A stretch of 19,156 nucleotides of DNA from Oligoflexia bacterium (GTDB lineage: Bacteria > Bdellovibrionota > Bdellovibrionia > JABDDW01): the NCBI GenBank assembly GCA_043732305.1, contig JAYTHU010000019.1, positions 1 through 19,156 on the forward strand, in the 5' to 3' direction. The translations under genes were made by a program, and so were the position numbers. Under the pieces are notes generated by a model. That model made no database searches and was not told where the DNA came from. It saw nothing but the letters and a program-made list of their open reading frames with translations. Positions 8,001-16,502 of this stretch are shown here, one piece after another. Position 1 is the stretch's first letter; every line of letters starts with the position of its first letter.

Positions 8001-8937
8001 TGGGACCTGGGTTGGTCTGAACCATAGTGTGAGTCAACCCCACACTATTCGGCATGCTCTGACAAGCGGGCGAAGTGTTTGTCACAGCAGCGTCCCAGCT
8101 GCACAAAAACAAGGACCCGGGCTCGCTGTTGCGAAGAAGAGTGTAGATGGTTCCTGTACCTGCAGCACTGCACGTTGAAGGGTAGGCAGGCACTGGCGCT
8201 ATGACCGCGGTGAGAGTTGGTTTTGATTGGTCAGAAGTGTAAGCGACTAGTTTAGAGCCTGTGCACTGAGTGGCCGCGTCTGAGTTACTTATGACCGTAG
8301 CTGTGATTAGTAGTCCAATATTCCCGGCGTTGGTGACAGATGATGAGAGAGGTCGAATGTCCCACGGCATAGTACCGCAGTTTGGCTCGGCTGCATTAGT
8401 CACCATGTTCCAAGGAACAATTTTAATCATGGCTTTGTAATTTGCGGCCGTGATTGCGTTCAAAATATTAGGATCGGATAAAACACCAGAGAGAATGGTT
8501 TTACCGAGGCTCAAAGAACAGTAGGTATGGTCTCCAGAATAAATTTGATAAGCCCTAGTCATCGCGTTTTCTATATTTTGAAAATTTCCAAACTCGCCCA
8601 CTTGACCATTTACTAAAGCTACAAAGGGCGGCGTAGAAGTTCCATAATAAGGTTGAAGCACTCTTGGAGTAACGGCGTACGGATTAGGTAACGGCGCTCC
8701 AACCGGCAAAGGAATATAATTATTAATCACCGTACTTCCGGTGTTTGAAAAATCGCTCAAAATAGATTCTGTGTAGTTGCGGCAAGAAGCGGATCCGGTA
8801 ACCGTGACATTTTGAGTTTGCTGATTAACAATGAAATTGGTGACAGCGACTATTGAAATAGTAAGGATGGCCAGTCCGACAAGAACTTCGGCTAATGCTT
8901 GACCTTTTTGTTTGAAAACTCCCGAAAAATATCCCAT
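5044..8937 (-). CDS. Giant Cys/Ser/Thr/Gly/Pro-rich prepilin-like surface protein (putative pilus-associated adhesin)
   Basis: 1297-aa ORF. Class III signal KQKG|QALAE (Glu at +5) is followed by a hydrophobic helix. Many small Cys-rich modules, including two PINGxC...PxxWQCxG...CS repeats. Confidence 0.8.
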   Translation of the reverse strand: MGYFSGVFKQKGQALAEVLVGLAILTISIVAVTNFIVNQQTQNVTVTGSASCRNYTESILSDFSNTGSTVINNYIPLPVGAPLPNPYAVTPRVLQPYYGTSTPPFVALVNGQVGEFGNFQNIENAMTRAYQIYSGDHTYCSLSLGKTILSGVLSDPNILNAITAANYKAMIKIVPWNMVTNAAEPNCGTMPWDIRPLSSSVTNAGNIGLLITATVISNSDAATQCTGSKLVAYTSDQSKPTLTAVIAPVPAYPSTCSAAGTGTIYTLLRNSEPGSLFLCSWDAAVTNTSPACQSMPNSVGLTHTMVQTNPGPNNGTTFASTDVSLQLSGIPQAPVVFNHTLNVMGIDTASNKSVSNVAIPIYCPCAISTGCTGTTFSTTASNCSAPPDLTPGWVQTSLGPPPSWSLPATSTSCTDPLTGNCTGNYYCPGGTQTCNLTAPVNSYWQVNGSNPGTCGCSSSAVSWFIGTAQQCTFCRGGATPGINPTLCVPPGNTGGCTATATTQTCLVDGSAWDVCVATACSSGCGVSAGNCVLLPINGSCNSPPSGSTILVAAPNGATGCAYGSFANLSGAGTAASPWIWQCLGSGLGHTDDLTCSGYGPSGVCDSFSVSYGGPGCSSPSSDPPVSVRNLTLYPAANQAALNTKLSAWVTSGFITAAQKTNVQNAFTTPSTSLSCSTVPSGSGVDAVMTCSGTEGSMQLESSRAIDSTTSCGGPNRVAYDQLMVSLSSCTGPTNACSLFAGMAPPPALQMFSTDGQSSVTVPNWPTSGPYTIDSTYQADWDDWGTPFACLNAVPTVVDNTTGGFYTTSMLSIKSNPPCIGSTGSDSISGALPPISFNAVAGHSYTLTAPWRVHYRPPFLASGSWATTETCTGPTGCYWHFIGTNSSSAKLSEYRLEPKDHDRYLAEMLKRFPQILTGQAKENTRVRVSALSQLLSCLLGEQSAMASFPCSGSFPSDVSSTPITAYSPSGATIPLTGDTESPIWLGLANYHYAVSPPEVTSCPAANEEMVFQNRESCGPTPFTQFNHYQCVCGTPINGICGGASSYPTTGSPSQDFACYQGTMTSVTGTDPYSWQCVGANSGAAASCSTRSSGVQCISPLFSENCLGGGHGGGCDVPAYNNADAWLSTQFQALGVPDYHTTYPVEYGSMGAQYNTNINTCSSVGTGPNTTVVYNLGGTLVSYGTHWIGNADGAPGTCTEVISLKISGTLACPPVVGPPPAPPQPPDYTSNRLGCDWGTDSWFEYTSSTTGILHFQSASSCYETIYRQTPYTWNGSAWVPSGPPSQTGGQRRGICMAPC

Positions 8938-8946
8938 ACAAAGATC

Positions 8947-8954
8947 TTATCGGC
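8947..8954 (-). promoter_or_regulatory. Sigma28 (FliA) -10 box upstream of the giant prepilin-like gene
   Basis: Perfect GCCGATAA 9 nt before the ATG. The -35 position reads TTGA (poor match). No SD sequence, so a near-leaderless transcript is implied. Confidence 0.5.
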
Positions 8955-9058
8955 ATTTTAAGGATAAAATCAAATCATTATATCCAACTTAATGGCTATA
9001 GATTCGAACGCAACACATCTAGGTGCATCGTCCGCCATATTGCTCTAATGATCTTAGG

Positions 9059-10003
9059 CTATCTTCTAAATTGCGTATTATATTCGTTTTCTAAAGGCTT
9101 AATAAGAGCTGAGATATTTTCTTCCCCAAGATTTTGATCCGCGGCTTTTTGAAAATCCTTGATCATCCCTTGAAGCACAGGAAGATTTTCGCTTTTTCCT
9201 TCAAGTGCAAGATTGAGATTTTGCGCGAGCAGAATATCCTTGAACGCGTGAGCCAATTTAAATCTTGGCGCAAAATCTCCATCGAGAATTTGAGGGCCAT
9301 AAGCTTCAAGCATGCGACTAAAACCTGTTCCGGAAAGCAGTGTGCTAAAAATGTCTCCAGATTTCAATCCGGCTTTTGCGCCTAGAACCAAAGCTTCTGA
9401 AAAAACCGCGAGATTTCCCACGCAAACATAATTGTTGATGATTTTGGCGACGTGCCCCTGACCGATTTTCCCAAAATGGGTCCGCACTTTACTGACAGCA
9501 GAGAGAACGTCTTCCGCTTCTTGGTAGAACTTTTCCGGGCCACCTATAAACAGTGTCATTGTTCCCGCTTTTGCTCCCATGACACCTCCGGTCACGGGGG
9601 AATCAAAAAACCGCAGTGTTTTCTCCTCGAACATTTTGAAAATCTTCCGCGTGCTCTCAGGGTCCGACGTGGTCATATCAATCACCAACTGCTCTGGTCT
9701 CACCAAATCAAGCAGGTTTGCGGAAGAGGTACGGCGTACCTCCCCAAGACAAATGGCTTCGACCTCTTGGCTGGTTGGGAGCATGAGAGTGATGATGTCG
9801 GATTGAAGGACCAAATCCGCAAGATCATGTGCGATCACAGCACCATTTTTCTGGAGGTCAGTAATCCGCTCTGCGGATTGTGAATTTGCGTTTGAACTTT
9901 TTAGAACAGTGAGTTTAAATCCTTTTTTGAGCCAGTTGATTCCCATCGGATGCCCCATCAGTCCCGCGCCTATAAGACCCACTCGCTTTTTACTATTTTC
10001 CAC
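9059..10003 (-). CDS. NAD(P)-dependent beta-hydroxyacid dehydrogenase (3-hydroxyisobutyrate dehydrogenase / tartronate semialdehyde reductase family)
   Basis: Motifs GLIGAGLMGHPM, IDMTTSDP, DSPVTGG, GQGHVAKIINN (catalytic Lys) and FKLAHAFKD. GTG start overlaps the upstream stop. Confidence 0.92.
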   Translation of the reverse strand: MENSKKRVGLIGAGLMGHPMGINWLKKGFKLTVLKSSNANSQSAERITDLQKNGAVIAHDLADLVLQSDIITLMLPTSQEVEAICLGEVRRTSSANLLDLVRPEQLVIDMTTSDPESTRKIFKMFEEKTLRFFDSPVTGGVMGAKAGTMTLFIGGPEKFYQEAEDVLSAVSKVRTHFGKIGQGHVAKIINNYVCVGNLAVFSEALVLGAKAGLKSGDIFSTLLSGTGFSRMLEAYGPQILDGDFAPRFKLAHAFKDILLAQNLNLALEGKSENLPVLQGMIKDFQKAADQNLGEENISALIKPLENEYNTQFRR

Positions 10004-11591
10004 CGACGTACTCCAATTCTGAAAGATCCAATTGATTCAGCTCATTAACTTTAAGTCCTTTAAACCTTGGATTCAGCAACATAGTATACCGAATCCGTCC
10101 CATTGGGATTCCAACAATTTCTTCTTTAAATAAAAAATCAACGGCCGCGCCGCAAACCATGTCTTGTTCAATGCGAGACATTTTTCTAGTCGCCAGAGAT
10201 TTAATCATGAAATCAAATCTCTCATTTTTGAATCCAGAGAAATTTTCAGGACTATCTGACTTGAAACTTTCCAATCCTGCTAAACAAGTCGGGCGAGATA
10301 GTCCGACTCCTTTTCTAAAAATTGTAGGCGGGTTTGATTTCAACAATGAAACATAAGTCTTTTGTTCTCTCGCTTTGATTTGAACAGAGATCCCCGCGTT
10401 TTTCTTCCATTGTTCCTGATACCACTCCGCCGCCCTTTTTATATCGTCTCCTCCCAATGTACTGATTCCAAACTCAAAATCTTTTGTTTTGGTTGAAGGA
10501 AGAACATGAGGATTAACTGTGACTGATTTAGACGGGAGAAAATTTTGGCAGTGCTTATCATCAGCAATGAGAAATCGTTCAGAGAGACCGGGGCAACCGG
10601 GTCTTCCTAAAGATTGAAATATTTTTTTAAACTCTTCAAAATCGACTGAGCTTGCAAGTTTTTTTCGAAGGGCTTTATCTGCTAGCGGAGAATCTTTTCT
10701 CATATTGAACCCGATATAATCGAATCGACTCAAGGGAACCTGCAAGAAATCAGGCATTGATTTGAATCGAGAAATCTCGCTTGCCGGAAGTCTCCAAATA
10801 AAATCCAACGAGCCTTTTTCGTAAAGATTAACGGCTGTTGAATCTTCAGGCACAAACAAGATGTCAATCGGGGGCCGCTTTGAATTTCCACCATGGAAGT
10901 TTTCATTGGGAGTCAAATGCCAGACTTTTCCTTTTTCAATTTTTTCTATTTTATAGGGACCATTGAATTTTGCTTCGTTTTTATAAGGAAACAAAAGAGA
11001 GTTAGAAAGCTTTTCCATAAATTCAAAATCGGGTTCTTTGAAAATAAATGTGATGTCACGATCGCTCGGTGCGGACATTTCTTTAATGTTCGAAAGCAAG
11101 TTTGTAACATAAGACCCATGCTTGCCTGTTTGAAATTTCTTGAACGCTTCAACATAATCCTGCGCTTTGATCGGACTTCCATCACTGTATTTCAAATCTT
11201 TGCGCAATTTGCACCTAAGGTCAGTATCGATGACATAGCGGCATCTCTCTGCTTGATCAAAAATGAGTTGGCCTTCGTCTGTGAACCGCGTCAACCCTCG
11301 AAAAAGCGTCGCATGAATATAGCTACTTTCACCTGACACCGCCATTGTAGGATCTAGTGTTTGCGGCTCACTCTTCACATAAAATGTAAAGGTACGCCGT
11401 ACCGTATCCGGCTTTGTGTCAGCTTTGGCATTTACAGCGGGGATCAAATTAAGAACCGAAACAATCAACATCCAAAATAAAATTTTCGAACTCTCCCAAA
11501 TACGGATGGTCGTCTTCTCTCGAATGTCTTTATCGATGTGAATCCAACTAAAAAGCTTTTCAGATTTTATTGCGATTTTATTTCGGTCCAT
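9993..11591 (-). CDS. ABC transporter substrate-binding protein, family 5 (OppA/DppA-like); start uncertain (11603, 11591 or 11471)
   Basis: Motifs SEPQTLDP, LFRGLT, LRKDLKYSDGSPIKAQDY, NGPYKI and YIGFN, and a hydrophobic signal ending AVNAKA. Confidence 0.88.
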   Translation of the reverse strand: MDRNKIAIKSEKLFSWIHIDKDIREKTTIRIWESSKILFWMLIVSVLNLIPAVNAKADTKPDTVRRTFTFYVKSEPQTLDPTMAVSGESSYIHATLFRGLTRFTDEGQLIFDQAERCRYVIDTDLRCKLRKDLKYSDGSPIKAQDYVEAFKKFQTGKHGSYVTNLLSNIKEMSAPSDRDITFIFKEPDFEFMEKLSNSLLFPYKNEAKFNGPYKIEKIEKGKVWHLTPNENFHGGNSKRPPIDILFVPEDSTAVNLYEKGSLDFIWRLPASEISRFKSMPDFLQVPLSRFDYIGFNMRKDSPLADKALRKKLASSVDFEEFKKIFQSLGRPGCPGLSERFLIADDKHCQNFLPSKSVTVNPHVLPSTKTKDFEFGISTLGGDDIKRAAEWYQEQWKKNAGISVQIKAREQKTYVSLLKSNPPTIFRKGVGLSRPTCLAGLESFKSDSPENFSGFKNERFDFMIKSLATRKMSRIEQDMVCGAAVDFLFKEEIVGIPMGRIRYTMLLNPRFKGLKVNELNQLDLSELEYVGGK

Positions 11592-12640
11592 ATTTGATCC
11601 CATTTCTCAGAATCAATACCCAAATCCACCAAAAATTCTATTTTTTTCAAATCCAGATTTTTTACATAACTGGGTTTGAGGGTGGCCGGGAGATCCTGGC
11701 GATTTTCTATCATTTTATTAGGAGAACTATAAAACAAAGTTTTAACGTTGATATATTCCATCTCAGGATCAAGCAGATGATTCATAAAGGCATGCGCGAG
11801 GTTTTTATTTCGTGCGCCTTTTGGAATTACCATATTGTCGATCCAAAAAACACCACCTTCTATGGGATTAATGTATTTAAAATGCGGAGCATCGCGGGCG
11901 ATTTGCAACGCGTCGCCCATGTAGGATTGGGCAATCCAAACATCGCCAGTCATGAGAAGCTGCCTTGAATCAGACGCAAAAACATTTATCAGCGGTTTTC
12001 TTTTCATCAACAGAGCCTGCGCTATTTTTAGCTCATCCATGTTGATCGAGTTTGCAGAGTAGCCAAGGCTTTGCATTTGACTGCCGATAGCTTCACGTTC
12101 GTCATCAAGCAGCGAAATTTTTCCGGCATATTCCGGCTTAAAAATATCATTCCAAGATTTCAAATCCACTTTTATTTTATCAGTATTGTAAACGACTCCA
12201 GTGGTTCCCCATTTATAGGGAACGGTAAATTTTCCCTCGGGATCATAGGGGAGATGCGTGAATTCGGAAGCAAGATTTACAATATTCGGCACTTTAGATT
12301 TATCGATTTCGATGATCAGCTCGTTTGCAATCATGGCTTTCATGATGTAATCCACCCCAACAATCACGTCATAGCCAGTGGCACCGGCTTGGAGTTTGGC
12401 AAACATTTCTTCGTTGCTGGCGAAATAGTCATATTGAATATGGCACTTAAAATCTTTTTCGAACTTTTTCAACACACTGTCAGGAAAATAATTGTTGTAC
12501 GAATAAATATAGAGCGTGGGGTTAGAATCAAAGGCACCCTTGCTCTGAGATTTTTTTTCCGCGATTGTTATTTTTAACGCCACCCAAATGAACAGAGCGA
12601 TAAATAAAATTAAATAATTGAGGATTTTTTTTAAATTCAT
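11567..12640 (-). CDS. potD: Spermidine/putrescine ABC transporter substrate-binding protein
   Basis: Motifs SNEEMFAKL, GYDVIV, PYKWGTTG, LLDDERE and EGGVFWIDNMVIPKGA, an N-terminal hydrophobic anchor, and position after potABC. Confidence 0.9.
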   Translation of the reverse strand: MNLKKILNYLILFIALFIWVALKITIAEKKSQSKGAFDSNPTLYIYSYNNYFPDSVLKKFEKDFKCHIQYDYFASNEEMFAKLQAGATGYDVIVGVDYIMKAMIANELIIEIDKSKVPNIVNLASEFTHLPYDPEGKFTVPYKWGTTGVVYNTDKIKVDLKSWNDIFKPEYAGKISLLDDEREAIGSQMQSLGYSANSINMDELKIAQALLMKRKPLINVFASDSRQLLMTGDVWIAQSYMGDALQIARDAPHFKYINPIEGGVFWIDNMVIPKGARNKNLAHAFMNHLLDPEMEYINVKTLFYSSPNKMIENRQDLPATLKPSYVKNLDLKKIEFLVDLGIDSEKWDQIWTEIKSQ

Positions 12641-13428
12641 CCGGCACCACCAGCGCCTTTGGCTTTTTTAGGCTGATTGAGAAGCGCAAGTGAGATGAGT
12701 GCAATGCTCGTGCAAAGAATGACGGTGCTGAGCGCGTTGACTACGGGCGTGACGCCAAACTTAAGCATCGAATAAATTTTCAGTGGCAACGTTCCAGCAC
12801 CAATACCTGCGGTAAAAAAGGCAATGCTGAAGTCGTCAAAACTCAGAGTGAAAACGATGAGCATTCCGGAAATCAAAGCGGGCATCAATTGAGGCAGGGT
12901 CACTTGAAAAAATATTCTTAAAGGCTTTGCACCAAGATCTGCCGCAGCGTCTTTCAAAAGCGGGTCTATCAAACGCACCCGCGTGCGAACCATGGTTGAA
13001 ACATACGCCGCGCCAAAAGAACTGTGAGCTAAAATAACGGATATTTTTCCAAGAGGAACATGAAGCCAAATAAAGAAACATAAGAGCGATAGACCTTGAA
13101 CAATATCTGGCAACACAATCGGAATCAGGGGCAATTTTCGGAAAGCTTTCTGCGGACTCAGACCAATGAACGTGCCTAAAGTAGCACTCAAGATTGTCGC
13201 GCAAAAAGCGATTTCCAGTGAGTTGCAAAGTGCTTCAAGAATGGTGAGATCCTGAGCGAGCGCGCGGTACCACTGAAGACTCCCACCTTGCCAGGTGGCG
13301 AGGCTAGAAGCGTTGTTGAATGAAAATAAAACCAGGACCGCAACTGGCGCAAACAAAAATAGATAAATCACGGTGATAAAAAAAATCGGAAAAAATTTAG
13401 CGGCCAATGAGGTAAGAGTGTTTTTCAA
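12637..13428 (-). CDS. potC: Spermidine/putrescine ABC transporter permease
   Basis: Motifs LFSFN, SLQWY, the EAA-like loop DAAADLGA, FTLSFDDF and TLPLKIYS. 4-bp overlaps with neighbours. Confidence 0.92.
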   Translation of the reverse strand: MKNTLTSLAAKFFPIFFITVIYLFLFAPVAVLVLFSFNNASSLATWQGGSLQWYRALAQDLTILEALCNSLEIAFCATILSATLGTFIGLSPQKAFRKLPLIPIVLPDIVQGLSLLCFFIWLHVPLGKISVILAHSSFGAAYVSTMVRTRVRLIDPLLKDAAADLGAKPLRIFFQVTLPQLMPALISGMLIVFTLSFDDFSIAFFTAGIGAGTLPLKIYSMLKFGVTPVVNALSTVILCTSIALISLALLNQPKKAKGAGGAG

Positions 13429-14288
13429 AACATTTCCTCTATATCAGACCCTCTTTGGATTCGACTTAAAACCCAGAAACTGAGTGCAACCAATAAGATA
13501 AGAGCGACACTCAATGCAGAACCGAAAGGCCAGTTGCGCGCGCTTAAAAATTGCTGGGCTAGTAAATTTCCAACAAAAAATTTCTTTGCCCCACCCAAGA
13601 CATCAGGAATCACAAACTCGCCGAGAGATGGGATAAAAACCATAATGCTACCAGCAACGATACCAGGCATTGTGAGCGGCCAAATAATTTTTCGGAATCG
13701 AGTCCAGTTGCTTGCGCCAAGATCTGCAGCAGCCTCAATCAAAAGCCAATCCAGCTTTTCTAAATTCACGTACAGACTCATGGTCATGTAGGGGAGATAG
13801 TTGTAAAGCATGCCGATGAAAATTGCTTTATATGTGAAGAGCCAATGGACCCCAAAAACTTTTGATATAAGTCCGTTCTCAGATAACAGTGACATCCATG
13901 CGTAAACACGAATTAAAAACTGCGTCCAAAATGGAATAACTAATAGAAAAAATAAAATTTGTCGCATTCTTCCGGCTCTGAAAACTAAAAACATCGCGAG
14001 TGGAAATCCAAAAAGTAAACACAAGATAGTCGTGATGGTGGCCATTCCAACTGATCTCATGAACGCCCAAAAAATAAGTGGGCGGAGTCCAGGTTCAAAA
14101 ATCTTGCGATAATTATCAAGGTGCGGAGTCATCACCACGCCACCGTAAGTTCCGCGTGACATAAAACTAATCACCAGCACATAAGTCAGTGGCGCCAGCA
14201 CCAAACTGATCGCCCAAACCCACGCCATAAAAGATGAACCACCAAAACGTACCAGCTTCCTTTTTGTCCAGATGTGCGTCATTTTCAT
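13425..14288 (-). CDS. potB: Spermidine/putrescine ABC transporter permease
   Basis: Motifs IPFWTQFLIRVYAW, YNYLPYM, EAAADLGA, FIPSLGEFVIPDVLGG and RNWPFGSALS. Confidence 0.93.
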   Translation of the reverse strand: MKMTHIWTKRKLVRFGGSSFMAWVWAISLVLAPLTYVLVISFMSRGTYGGVVMTPHLDNYRKIFEPGLRPLIFWAFMRSVGMATITTILCLLFGFPLAMFLVFRAGRMRQILFFLLVIPFWTQFLIRVYAWMSLLSENGLISKVFGVHWLFTYKAIFIGMLYNYLPYMTMSLYVNLEKLDWLLIEAAADLGASNWTRFRKIIWPLTMPGIVAGSIMVFIPSLGEFVIPDVLGGAKKFFVGNLLAQQFLSARNWPFGSALSVALILLVALSFWVLSRIQRGSDIEEMF

Positions 14289-15484
14289 TTTTTGAAAAAG
14301 TGCGAGGCATTTGCTTGCCAGCCGAGGTGAACGGAATCGCCGTTTTTAAAATTCTTTTTGGGAAGTTTCTGTGTGTTCTGCTGAAAAACTAAAAAGTTTA
14401 CGGCGGCGTCTTTATAAGTTTCTTTATCAATCTCAGGCATAGATTTATTTTTAAGGGTCACTTCAAATTGAGTATAGGTTCCAAGATAGGTCTGGGTTTT
14501 GATTACACCCTCGAGAGTGTTAGCCATAGTGGTGGGGCGCTTGGAATAAATCATTAATTTTTCCGGTCTCACACAAAGGTAGCCTAAACTTCCGATCGCT
14601 GGCATTAAAGTCTCTCCAGATGTGTTTTGACTGAAACCGATCTCCACGCGAAATTCACCGCAGCCCTGGACTTCGACCTTAAACTCAACTTCCGAAACCT
14701 TCTCTTTGACGACACCTTCCAACACATTGATACTGCCGACAAATTGCGCCACAAAAAAAGTTTTGGGAGACTCATATATTTCGTGGGGAGTGCCCACTTG
14801 CTCTAAGTTCCCATTATTTAAAACAGCCACGCGGTCGCTCATGTTGAGCGCCTCTTGTTGATCATGGGTGACAAAAACAAAAGTTGTTTTAAATTTCTTT
14901 TGAATAGTCACTAGTTCTTGCTGGAGTTGTAAGCGCAGTTTATGGTCGAGTGCGCCGAGAGGTTCGTCCAAAAGTAAAAGTTCGGGCCGATTCACCAGCG
15001 CTCGCACAAGTGCCACTCGCTGTTGTTCCCCGCCACTCAAAGTCGAAATGGCACGATGCCCCTGGCCTCCAAGGTTCACCAGACTCAAAGCTTCTTCGAC
15101 TGATTTTTTAATTTCGATTTCACTAGCAGCTCGCGATCTTCCGGAAACTTTCTGGCATCGCAAACCGAAAGCCACATTGTCAAAAACATTCATGTGTGGA
15201 AAAAGTGCGTAGCGCTGGAACACGGTGTGGATGGGACGATCATAGGCTAGCTTCTGAGTGATATCCGATTGTTTGAGCCAGACCTGACCTTGAGTTGGTT
15301 GATCATGACCCGCGATGATTCTCAGCAGCGTGGTTTTTCCGCAGCCACTGGGACCGAGCAGAGAAACAAACTCTCCCTCTTTAACTTCAAGATTTACCGC
15401 ATTTAGAACTTTTTTATCTCCGAACTGTTTTGAAATATTTTTTATTTCAAGCACGGTCACTGACACCGTGTGCTCGACTCTCAT
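14285..15484 (-). CDS. potA: Spermidine/putrescine ABC transporter ATP-binding protein (true start may be GTG at 15460 or 15454)
   Basis: Walker A GPSGCGKT, TVFQRYALFPHM, signature LSGGEQQRVA, Walker B LLLLDEP, VTHDQ and a C-terminal TOBE-like region. Confidence 0.94.
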   Translation of the reverse strand: MRVEHTVSVTVLEIKNISKQFGDKKVLNAVNLEVKEGEFVSLLGPSGCGKTTLLRIIAGHDQPTQGQVWLKQSDITQKLAYDRPIHTVFQRYALFPHMNVFDNVAFGLRCQKVSGRSRAASEIEIKKSVEEALSLVNLGGQGHRAISTLSGGEQQRVALVRALVNRPELLLLDEPLGALDHKLRLQLQQELVTIQKKFKTTFVFVTHDQQEALNMSDRVAVLNNGNLEQVGTPHEIYESPKTFFVAQFVGSINVLEGVVKEKVSEVEFKVEVQGCGEFRVEIGFSQNTSGETLMPAIGSLGYLCVRPEKLMIYSKRPTTMANTLEGVIKTQTYLGTYTQFEVTLKNKSMPEIDKETYKDAAVNFLVFQQNTQKLPKKNFKNGDSVHLGWQANASHFFKK

Positions 15485-16502
15485 GAAATCCTTGATTGCT
15501 CATTTCCATAAATGTCGCACGTTCTTTGATTTCAGAAATCTGAGTGGCGTTCACATAACTCATGCCTGAACGTAGACCTCCGGTCAGCTCCATCACCACA
15601 TCGCGAGCTCTCCCCTTACAGGGGACAAGTGTGCTTTCCCCTTCGGCGGCCATGCCGACAGGAAGTTCACCGCGCCAACTGACTTGCGCCGATTTAGAAG
15701 CCATACCTCGGTAGAGCTTCATTCCTTTTTTAATTTCACCGGGTGTTTCAAAAGTTGCTGCCAGTAAAGATCCGAGCATCACACTTTCAGCACCGGCGGC
15801 AATCGCTTTTACAATGTCACCACTGGTTTTAATTCCACCATCGGCAATGAGCGGCACCCCAGAACCTGACGACGCTTCGTAGCACATGGCGATCGCAGTG
15901 AGTTGAGGAACTCCACATCCAGTAATAATGCGCGTGGTGCACATGCTGCCTGGACCAATGCCAACTTTGATTGCGTCAGCACCAGCCTCGATCAAATCTT
16001 GAGTGGCTTCGGGTGTAGCAACGTTGCCTGCGATCACTTGGAGATTTGGAAATTTATCTTTGAGAAATTTAATTGTGTCCATCATTTGAGTCGAGTGTCC
16101 GTGAGCGATATCAATAACCATCACGTTGACTCCCGCTTGAATCAACACTCCCGCTCGCTCGCGAAAATCTTGATTCACTCCAATGCTAGCGCCAACCCAA
16201 GGAAAGTTTTTTTCTGCGACTAGTCGTGCTTGTCTCGCTTGTTCATCGGCAGCCATAAATCGATGTAAAATTCCGAGTCCGCCGAGCTCTCCCATGGCGA
16301 TGGCCATTTCGAATTCGGTGACTGTATCCATGTTCGCAGAGATGAGTGGAATCTGAAGTCGAGCCGATTTTGTGAGACGAGTTTGGAGGTCGGGGTCTTT
16401 TCTTGATTTCACATCCGATTTGGATGGAACGATAAGCACATCATCAAAGGTGAGACCACGCTCACGTGACGGAATTTCCTGACTTTTGAATCGCAATGCC
16501 AT
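15447..16502 (-). CDS. IMP dehydrogenase / GMP reductase family enzyme (GuaB/GuaC-like) lacking CBS domains
   Basis: Motifs [31 protein letters not shown], catalytic loop [23 protein letters not shown] and GGLRSGMSY. 351 aa. Confidence 0.92.
   Translation of the reverse strand: MALRFKSQEIPSRERGLTFDDVLIVPSKSDVKSRKDPDLQTRLTKSARLQIPLISANMDTVTEFEMAIAMGELGGLGILHRFMAADEQARQARLVAEKNFPWVGASIGVNQDFRERAGVLIQAGVNVMVIDIAHGHSTQMMDTIKFLKDKFPNLQVIAGNVATPEATQDLIEAGADAIKVGIGPGSMCTTRIITGCGVPQLTAIAMCYEASSGSGVPLIADGGIKTSGDIVKAIAAGAESVMLGSLLAATFETPGEIKKGMKLYRGMASKSAQVSWRGELPVGMAAEGESTLVPCKGRARDVVMELTGGLRSGMSYVNATQISEIKERATFMEMSNQGFHESRAHGVSDRA

Noticed and set aside
4047..8583. The remnant as a DGR template repeat or a silent gene-conversion cassette for the giant gene
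   Set aside because: There is no reverse transcriptase in the window, differences are not confined to adenines, and DNA identity is limited to short patches (longest seen 16 bp) with many synonymous changes.
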